Shown: positions 24,244-33,309 of the stretch, in pieces
Layout of the letters: each line of letters opens with the position of its first letter
Numbering within the stretch: position 1 is the stretch's first letter
Assembly (NCBI GenBank): GCA_001662655.1
Contig: KV460232.1
Reading direction: 5' to 3' (one strand)
Length of the DNA stretch: 64,000 nucleotides
Source: Pseudogymnoascus verrucosus
Taxonomy: Eukaryota
The notes under the pieces: model-generated
Told to the model about the DNA's origin: nothing
Database searches by the model: none
The model's input: only the letters and a program-made list of their open reading frames with translations
Position numbers and translations under genes: made by a program

Positions 24244-25913
24244 ATGGCTCCAAACTTTTTGAGGCTGCTCGTAGCCTCGCCAGAAATCAATCCCATCAAC
24301 CAAAAAGCAAGATCGATACCTATATTAAACCCATTCGATAAATATGGAAGAGTGTTCTTTTTCTCGTGGTTAGGATTCTTCGTTGCGTTTCTCTCGTGGT
24401 ACTCGTTCCCGCCTCTGGTAAGTCACATTTTTTGGTAGAATCCTCAAGATATATCAGATCTCTAATACATAACCTTTAGTTGGCTGTGACAATTAAAAAG
24501 GATCTTCACCTAAGCCAGACCGATATTGCCAACTCTAATATAATTGCTTTGCTAGCAACGTAAGCATCACCCCAATTTCAACAGGTTTCCGGTCTGACTT
24601 CTCTAGTCTTCTTGTTCGATTTTTCTCTGGGCCACTATGTGATCGCTACGGTCCACGATTGGTTTTTGTGGGCATATTACTGGCCGGCGCCATACCAACG
24701 GCTATGGCATTCTGGGTGCCAGCTTCGTGCCATGTCAGGTTTGGACAACTGGATACTTCGATAAAAACGTCATTGGCTCTGCAAATGCCTTGACAGCGGG
24801 CTGGGGAAATGCAGGAGGGGGTATTACATAGTAAGTCTGTCCAGTCTGTCACAAAGCACATCTATTAATACCGGTGTTACAGCTACGTGATGCCTGCGGT
24901 CTTCGATTCTCTGGTCCAGCACAGTGGACTTGCTCCCCACAAGGCATGGAGGGTGGCATACATTGTCCCGTTTATCATTATTGTCGTTGTTGCTCTAGGG
25001 ATGCTATTCACTTGTGACGATACACCCACCGGCAGATGGTCCGACCGTGCCTTGCCCATGGCAGGAGGTTCATCTGATAGCAGCATCAGAGGTGAAATAG
25101 ATACGCCGTCTTCAGTGTCCATTGCTAAGGATATCAACAACATCGATGAGAAGCACCCACAAACGATTTCAGATATTGAATCTCAGAGCGACGGCACAAC
25201 ATACCTTGACCTTGCCAAGAGCGAGTTTATTGTTCCCCCGACCACCAAGGAGATCATGCACGTTGTTATTAGCCCTCAGACATTCGCTCTCTTTGGAGTT
25301 TACGCATGCTCCTTTGGTACTGAGCTCGCCGTCAACTCTATACTCGCGTCATTCTACGAAAGAAACTTCCCTCACCTGGGACAGACGGAAGCTGGAGAAT
25401 GGGCAGCCATGTTTGGGCTTCTTAATGTTCTATTTCGGCCATTGGGTGGAATAATATCCGATCTAATCTACAAGAAGACTCAATCCGTATGGGCAAAGAA
25501 GATTTGGCTTATATTCCTCGGCGTGGCAGCAGGTGCTCACCTCATCGCGATCGGGGTATCGAATCCCAAAACTGAAGCCACCATGTTTGGCCTCTTCGTC
25601 GGCTTGGCCGTATTCATGGAGGCGGCCAATGGGGCAAATTTCTCCCTTGTGCCTCATGTGTACCCAGCAGCAAATGGTTCGTTGTTCCCAGCTCAATTAC
25701 ACCTACTTAGGTCCGTTTACTAACTTTATTTCTGCAGGTATCGTTTCTGGCACTGTTGGAGCCGCTGGAAATTTTGGAGGAATCATATTCAGCATAATTT
25801 TCCGATACAACGGGACGCATTACGATAGATCGATTTGGATAATTGGTGTCATATGCATCGTTGTCAATATGTCTGTGTTTTGGATTAGGCCAGTTCCTAC
25901 ATTGCACAAATAG
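24244..25913 (+). pseudogene. nrtA: High-affinity nitrate transporter NRT2 (NrtA/CrnA) with an internal deletion and frameshift
   Basis: [45 protein letters not shown]. After ..IPTAMA (junction 24708/24709) homologous sequence resumes at [12 protein letters not shown] in another frame; in-frame TGA at 24791-24793. Confidence 0.85.
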
Positions 25914-26359
25914 GCACTTTTCCTTTCAATTCTGATTTTTTTATTTGCCTAGAATAGCGTTGTTTAAAATTCCGATGGCCATTACTTAGAAATAGAACGA
26001 GCCTCAAAACCAGCCTCAAAACCACCAGGTTTATGCCGTAGTTATCATGTGATAAATGAAAGTTCTCATCTTCCGGTCGTTGCTCAACTCCGTCGGTTTT
26101 GCCAAGAAAGGCCCCTGAAATCCGTTGTGGTCAGGATTATCAATCACTCCAATTCTTCCAACGAAGACAAAGAAGCGGAGATTGCTTTACTTTTTGCAAA
26201 GTCATATTAGATAATCATTAACACGGGGATAGCATGGAGTTAACATGGAGATATGTTCTGGATTTAATATTTATTTTCGAAAGTTTGAATATTTAATGGA
26301 TTGTCATGCCCCCTATTATTCTACATACCCAGAGACAACTCGCTATTAAATTACAAAAT

Positions 26360-27034
26360 ATGTCATCCCAAATCAAGCCCATCAAGATCTATGGCAAAAC
26401 GGGCCCTAATCCTCTCAAGGTCACCATAATATTCAAGGAGCTAGACATTCCCCACGAAATAGTCACCGTCCCATTCTCAGATATCAAGAAAGCCGAATAT
26501 GTCGCCATCAATCCGAATGGCCGATTGCCATCTATTCATGATCCTAACACCGGTATCACCTTGTGGGAGTCTGGCGCAATTATTGAATACCTCATCGATA
26601 ATTACGACCCCCACCATAAACTAAGCTTCTCTCCCGGTTCAGCAGAGTGGCATCATTCCAAGCAGTGGCTTCATTACCAAATGAGTGGACAGGGCCCATA
26701 TTTTGGACAGGTTATTTGGTTTATGAGGCTTCATGGAGAGAAAATACCAAGCGCCATTGAACGCTACGTAAAAGAGGTTAATCGAGTAACCGCCGTCTTG
26801 GAGGGGCAACTTGCCAGGCAACAATTAGCTTCTGGCAGTGATGAGGCATGGCTCGTTGGCAATAAGATCTCTTTTGCGGATCTTGCCTTTCTCCCATGGC
26901 ATACTATAATGGGCATGCTTCCACCGGACGAATATAATGTCAACAATTACCCGCATGTAAAGCAGTGGCTAGAAAACATGAGTTCTCGAAAGTCGGTGAA
27001 AGATGCCATGGAAAGCGTTTCGCTAACAGCATAG
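26360..27034 (+). CDS. Glutathione S-transferase, Ure2/GstA-like, intronless
   Basis: GPNPLKV, INPNGRLP, LWESGAII, QMSGQGPYFGQ, ADLAF. Second ATG chosen; the ORF is open from 26306. Confidence 0.92.
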   Translation: MSSQIKPIKIYGKTGPNPLKVTIIFKELDIPHEIVTVPFSDIKKAEYVAINPNGRLPSIHDPNTGITLWESGAIIEYLIDNYDPHHKLSFSPGSAEWHHSKQWLHYQMSGQGPYFGQVIWFMRLHGEKIPSAIERYVKEVNRVTAVLEGQLARQQLASGSDEAWLVGNKISFADLAFLPWHTIMGMLPPDEYNVNNYPHVKQWLENMSSRKSVKDAMESVSLTA

Positions 27035-27058
27035 TAGCTACTGTTCTATAAGGTAAGT

Positions 27059-27262
27059 AGGCGCATACGCACATTTTCGAAACCTAACAAGATGAAGGAC
27101 CACGTTAAGAGGCATTTAGAAAAGAGGACACTAGGAAAGTATGAATGCTGCTATCCAGTTTGCAAGGCTAAAGGGCTACTTCTCGACAACATTATCCTTT
27201 TTAAGAATCACGTAGAGATGGTCCACGGAATTAGACTTAGAGAGGAAAAAGATGTATCTTGA
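27059..27262 (+). pseudogene. Orphan C-terminal zinc-finger fragment resembling the tail of DUF3435 (Starship captain-type) proteins
   Basis: Translates RRIRTFSKPNKMKDHVKRHL..YECCYPVCK..LLLDNIILFKNHVEMVHGIRLR..stop, with no upstream coding part. Resemblance is recalled, not searched. Confidence 0.55.
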
Positions 27263-27526
27263 ATAACTGTTACGGACCACCAGCCTTATTTCACAGCCCT
27301 TTTGCTCACCTAGGCTCCTGCAGCTGCCGGGACGTATACTGTAGTCGAGTTTAAATCCATAGTACGCATATTTAATTCCGTAAGCAGCTTAGTACTTTGG
27401 CTTTGTAGAACGTTCCAGAACTGTTCTTTCATCTCCTTGGATTGGGAATTTCCTTGGAACCTGCCAGTCTCATGTTCAGCCAACCCTGTATATGGAAATC
27501 ATGTCCATTTAAATAGGAAATTAGAA

Positions 27527-28000
27527 TCAACGGAGAGGCTCACATTCAGATTTTGTAACCTCCCTGACGTTTTCCCAAGCTCTTTCAACAAGTGTCACTT
27601 TACATGTGAGTATCGCACCTCCATCCTGACACTGACAATCTTCGATGGGAAGTTTATCGTTAGATTTTTTGCATTCAGTTGTGCATAGAATCTATTTATT
27701 CTTAGTTAGCACTAGCGCATACAATAGAAGTCACACTGCCGTAGGGTGGCCATCATCACTCACAAGTTTGAATCTATACTTGAACCCAGCCACAACCTTT
27801 CTCTTCACGTCGCTAATTTCCGTCACTTTCAAATGATATTGAGAATTGTTCTGCATATCTATGTGCAAACGAGCCTTCTCGATCAAGTTTGTTATATCTG
27901 TCGAGTTAGGGTCCACATCCTGCCAACAACTAGTACATCGAGATGCCATCACCGAACTGATACTGAACAAGAACGCAATAGTAGTCAGTGGGAAACGCAT
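27527..28000 (-). CDS. Secreted cystatin-fold protein (133 aa, 2 exons)
   Basis: Exons 28000-27764 and 27691-27527; 72-nt intron GTGAGT..GCTAAC..TAG. Signal peptide, CTSC, NNSQY, KVVAG (QxVxG-like), TECKK..EDC, TC..ERAWEN..SEC. Confidence 0.85.
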
Positions 28001-29195
28001 ATCGGGTGGTGGTAAGCCTCTGACACCGGATGCTATTTCAATGACTATAGTTGAGGGGCTAATATCGCTATTTAAAAGAAGTGCAATGCTTAGCTAACAA
28101 AGCTGTGTAGATCGCAACCTCATGTTGACTAATGGTCCGAGATGCGACAATTAAATAGTGCGGGTCCGTTCAGTATGACCATTTAAATTCGGATTATAGC
28201 TTTAGGAACACTGACCTTATTGGCGTATAAAGAAAGCTGATTTAACGTGTCTTCCAGCGTGAAACATTTGATCTGCTTGGTTGGTTGTGAATGTTACAGA
28301 CGTGTCAAACGCAGATCTGCTGTTCATGTGGCATTTTTGTATTGGATGCCTTCTGCTAGGTAAGACAGGAAAACATTACTATGTTGGGATACAGTACCGA
28401 AGACTCGAGAAGACAACTGAGATCCGTGGCCCGTGCATTATAGTTGGTCGACGCTAAAATGCGCTGGTCCATGATAAATCTCCGCTAGGCTCATCTATAC
28501 CTCCACAGCACCCACAGGGGATCCAGTTTCGCTAGCGACCGTAAGCATCGTTTGGTAGCTTTCGTTTGGTAGCTTTGGTCAGAAGTGTTAAGTACGGTGC
28601 TCCATGGAGCCGGCATTGGTGACCGAGTGTTCGCTAGCTGCCTGTCAAGGCCACGCATGGTGTAGTTCAGCTCGCGTCAGCCACAGCCCCTAATCAGCCA
28701 CAACCACCTTGCTAAATGATGACATAAGCTAAATTACATCATAATCATTATTGGATGTAGGGGTCTTTTACACTAACCAAAAATGGTTTGTTGCTTTGGC
28801 TCGAGGTATTGATTTGTATGGCGACCATGAATGAATTTGCCCGTCATAGCAGCTACAAGGCCGATGACGATTTCCCGCATAGTGGTGAGGCTCTAAAGCT
28901 TAGATGAGACCCTTTTATAAGTATCAGGAGTGATAAGAGCTTAATGGTAGAGGTGTGGTAGAGGAACTCTGTTGCACTATAAAAGGAGGCTCTCCGCAAA
29001 TCAGGCGTGAGGGCGACGAGGCAAACGTGATTTTCTAGTAGGAGGGGTTCTGAGTGTTTAGGAGTGGTCACAGAACACAGCTTATGCAAAAATATGAGAG
29101 ATGTCAATGCGTGCACAAATTTTAAGATGATTGAAGTCAAAGTACCCATCATATTTTCCTGCACAGTGGGTTTTCCTCTACGTGGGGAGGGACGT

Positions 29196-29267
29196 TACAA
29201 GAGTTTAGATTCTAGAAGAGCTCTTCTACAAGAGTTTAGATTCTAGAAAAGGTCTTCTACGAGAGTT
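29196..29267 (+). repeat. 31-bp tandem repeat, about 2.3 copies, with internal palindrome
   Basis: TACAAGAGTTTAGATTCTAGAAGAGCTCTTC / TACAAGAGTTTAGATTCTAGAAAAGGTCTTC / TACGAGAGTT. Confidence 0.85.
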
Positions 29268-29399
29268 GAGTAGTAGGTAGAAGAGTATTTCTCCGGGAAG
29301 ATATCGGAGCTTGGCTTTCGGATGTGAAACTACTGCAGTACTCTAAAACCATCATGCCGCCGAGCTGCAAGTAAGTAAATTCAGTCCATTAACAGCAAG

Positions 29400-30776
29400 G
29401 GCAGTCGTCTTTCCATTTCTCCGCCCCACCCCTACTTTTGAGTTTCCTGACTCAAGGTCTCCTTCCGCTCTCGGAGTTTCCGACTCTGAATTTTCTGACT
29501 TCCCGCTGTTATCAGCAAGTAATGTCATGGATTTCTTTATATACTTTCCCGAGACCTCTGCCAGGAAAGTCTTGAGTAATGGCGCGGCCCTGGATACATC
29601 ACAGCACGCTCACCGAATGGGTTCTTCAGGAAATCGCTGGACTCGAGGTAGATTGAGATTGAGAAAATTTGGCCAAGTTGTTCGTTAGCGAGACAATTCA
29701 AGAGACCATGGTCTAACTTGTCTGTATCTAACGCTGTGTTCAGCAGCAGCTGGGCGGCAAGACCGTCGTCTGGCATTGTTAGGTTTTGTGTAAAAGCAAG
29801 TTAGACTCTTACCTTTATCCCAGATCTGCCAAGGAGGTGTATCCAATGAGCTTGGGCCAAGTGGGCATTGTAGCCATAGATTGGGCTCCCACGAGATCAC
29901 CATAAACGGGTGATTAGACCAAAAGCTGACGGAGAGTATCCATAAGTTAACATACTGCCCATTAACAATTTTCAGCGGCTTCCGTAGGTGAAGACGGTTC
30001 TTGAGCGTACCCGAATCGTGGGTAATGGTGGCCCGCGAGGGTGGTACCAAGAGATTTTGTTATGGCGTATAACGCTATAGCTTTGTAAGAGGAACATGGA
30101 TACAATCAACCCTGCAGAGACATATAAATAAACGCGAGGGGTGGGCTTGTCTGAGGGAAGATGGCACCACACCGTATAAGCGAAGTCATTGCGAGCGCTT
30201 GATGCGTCCGGAGGAAAAGTCATAGTGACTCCTTCGGAAAGGAAGAAGACACGAGCAGGAGGAGAGACAAAGGAGCGACCCTCCCTATACCGCTATCAGT
30301 TAACGATATGCAGATGCGGGGTGGGACACATAACATAACCGCAAATATATCCCGCGTTACGTCTAAATGGAGTGATACGTTGGACGCCACGGCCACGACA
30401 GCATGGAGAAGGCCCGTGGAACGATGAACAAAACGGATGGTTTTGAGAGACATCCCAAGCAAGTCCGCAGCGAAGGCGAGGTGGTGTGCGGCCAAAAGGG
30501 GGATCATGTTGACCACCGCAAGGGTTCCCGCTCGTAGAAGCTCCAAAGCCAGCACAAAATAAGTTTGCTGCGATGTAGGCCAGCTGCACGATGACACCCG
30601 CTTGAGTCCATGGCACAAGGGTTCGATGGCGATTGAGGAGCTATGGGTACGTGAGGTCCTTTAAGATACCAGAGGGAGACGTACGTAACGAAAGAGGAGA
30701 TAAAAGGGAGAAGGTGAACAAGAGCAGTAGGAAAGGTGCCGCCTGCGGCGATTCCATATATTTGAACTATATCCAT
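29400..30776 (-). pseudogene. Degraded ferric-reductase-like (FRE/NOX-type) membrane protein
   Basis: Fragments in shifting frames: MDIVQIYGIAAGG, PWTQAGVIVQLAYIAANLFC, AGTLAVVNMIPL..ADLLG..HRS, VWCHL, GQYVNLWI..SFWSNHPFMVISW, QLLLNTALDTDKLD. 3' end approximate. Confidence 0.7.
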
Positions 30777-31122
30777 GCTTGCGAAATATGATGAAATAAA
30801 TAAAAATGAATGAGGGGGACGTTGGGGCCAGGGTAAGAGCGAGCAATGTGCAGGATCCATAGGAAATAAACGAGCTGACAGGTGCAAGAAAGTGATGCAG
30901 AGGCTAAGTTTTTAATCTTGCCGGCCAGGTTTTGAGGTAGAAGTGCACTTTCAAGCTGAAAAGGTCTCACGGATAAGGCCAGCACGAGGTTTAGAATTCA
31001 TAAATTTCCTCGGCATCAGATTAAGCCCTTTTTAGACTACATCGACTTTCTTTAACCAGGTTTGAGGGAGGATATCAGCGGCTTGTCTGCCCTTAAGAGC
31101 GTAGTAGAAGTTGGGCTACCAT

Positions 31123-31323
31123 CACGTTATATAATATAGCTGCTACTTAAACACTCTTAATTTAGTAAAGTTTAATTGCTTAGATAGCTAATAGTATTCT
31201 ACCCTCTTAATTAGAGGATTTAGCTTATGTTAGTTATAGCATTGTTAATTAAAGATAGGTTGACGCGTTTTAGTGTTTTCGTGTCCGACCTGCTTGGGTG
31301 TCCAACTCGCTTGTGAAATACGT
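31123..31323 (-). mobile_element. RIP-mutated 5' fragment of a Fot1/pogo-type DNA transposon
   Basis: TA followed by terminal ACGTATTTCACAAGCGAGTTGGACACC; ATG at 31242 then a frame with several TAA stops that revert to MPQPTQAKSSNQEGRILLAIQAIK..IKSVRAAA..Y.V (HTH start). Confidence 0.8.
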
Positions 31324-31472
31324 TAGATATGTTAGGAAATCATTTATACTCTCTACCCACTTATAAATCGTTAAATCCGCTCTATAAATAAATCTCGGTT
31401 TTATAACTATACTATCTCACTATATACTTCCATTCCTATTTACTCAACAATAGCAAGCACGAAGCTCATTAT

Positions 31473-32418
31473 CTAACATGCTGCAGAAACAGCGGTTCCT
31501 TTGCTGTTCAAATATTGAAGCAGCTGCGATGTACAAGATACACACTTAACGGCTTCAACAAACGTCTCGGCATTAACTAAAACCCAAATTAACATTGATT
31601 CTACCAAGTAATTACCAAGATGGAGAATTTACTAACTGCACCTGCTGGTCTAGTGTGGGTGTTATCATTTGGGAAGTATGTCTTGGCAGTCGTTGGGCCC
31701 ATGGACTGCCATTTCTTGACAGAATACTTTGTGTGATCAATATACTCGACAGAAGCTTGTTTTGCAACCTGTAATAATAATGAATATTAATATAAGGATA
31801 TGGGCCATGTATAGTAGCTTACCTGTTGAGCATAAATAGCGAATTGCCAGTCGCTTTGAAGAGTCGTTCCATCCCAGTAATTTCTGTTAACCATGCCGGA
31901 GAGTATAGGGATACCGCCAACGGCTTGGACATCCTTGATCATCTTCCGTAGGTAGTGACCAAAAGAGTAGACAACCTCAGATTCACCCGTAGAAGTCGTG
32001 ATGGTGACGGAGTCTTCACCAATTCCGGGCAGAGTCCCACGGTCAGCAGTGTCAGTGCTTAGGCCGACGTCGTCATTGTGGCCCATCTCAATCACAACCA
32101 AGTCACCCTCAGCGGTATCCGATAGTAAAGTGTCCCAGAGGCCCTGGTTGATAAAGGATCGAGTACTAGCGCCCATTTTTGGCTTGGTTGGAAACCGTTA
32201 TAGACAGATAATCCCCGATATAATAACCCCATCTGAGTAGCTTGTCAGTTGTATTAATTTATGCCTTGATCAGACCCGACTTACCCCTGGAGAGCCCCTG
32301 ATGCATAGTTTGCGGTTGTACTATCAGAGCAAATGAGGAGCTTTGGTGCTGCCTCAACAACGGCCAGTATGGCACCCAATGCAAGAATGACGCAGTTTGA
32401 GGAAGTGGTTAACTTCAT
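31473..32418 (-). pseudogene. Secreted rhamnogalacturonan acetylesterase (CE12, SGNH) with a +1 frameshift
   Basis: Signal peptide, CSDST, QGWG, EMGHND, NDNTHT; 3 introns. One extra base in AAAAATGGGCGC (32180-32169) gives TAG at 32168-32166. Confidence 0.8.
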
Positions 32419-33309
32419 TTTGATTTTTTCGAATGGACTGTGCAAATTTACAGTTTCGTAAAGAGATTCATAAAATGCAAACCAATTCTCTCTTATATAC
32501 GCCGTCGGCAAGTAAATAATTAGCTCGTGTCGTTCAATATAATTTACCTTTCCATAACTGCAGTTTCATAAGTTAGAGTTCTTCCGTTTAGATTAACGAT
32601 CGTTACTTAACCCCGCATCTTCCTTAAGTGGCACGGAACGCACCGCAATCGCTCCTGCCACATGTGTCATCGCCCGCTGCGGCCTCCTAGCGCATCCGCT
32701 ATTCCAAGGTGAAGAGCGACAACGGGAATGGCAACCGCACCAACAGCCATTGGAGATTTTCCGACATAGGCCCTATAGCCACCCAATACCTGTCATCAGT
32801 GAATCCGCTGATAGACAGTGAGCCGAGTTTAAGGCGCTTAAGGTCGTCAAATGACTGTCGTTAACCAATTGGCAATGTGTAGGTAAGCAAAGATAATGTG
32901 GGGTAAGTACTCACCCCGGATTATCAGCTCCGGTTTACTGCGCGATGCATTGCCTTCAAGGACCGAAATCGACAAATCCGCCTGGTCAGTTCCCATTAGC
33001 CTTCAGGCGGATCCGCGCCTACATATCTTTGGTGCAGCGCGGCACAGCCTCGAGAGCACATCGTTTCGCGTAGCTCCCCCTGTGATTCATTATCCGGGCT
33101 CCAGGTTAGGCAGCCGCAAATAACCAACAGCATGGTATTTACACCGCCTGACTCACCCAATATTGCAGTCACGATTCAGTTTTCTGGTAATTTCATTGGG
33201 AGTACGGTAAATTGGTAAATATGTGGACTGCGATGTCTCAGCACATAAAGCTGGCATCAATCCCTTGATAGACTTTTGATTTCTTCCAATCTCCATCCAT
33301 TAATCCACG

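Noticed and set aside
26360..27262. GST-zinc finger read-through fusion (the fragment is in the GST frame)
   Set aside because: Two consecutive TAG stops separate them, and a shared frame has a one-in-three chance.
27310..27544. Alternative third exon for the cystatin via a GTGAGC..TACAG intron
   Set aside because: It would remove the final Cys needed for the second conserved disulfide and add a non-homologous tail; read-through to TGA at 27527 fits the fold better. Only cDNA can exclude it.
28500..29164. Possible small minus-strand gene (MREIVIGLVAAM.. after a TATAAAA)
   Set aside because: Frame closes early and I could not build a coherent exon chain.
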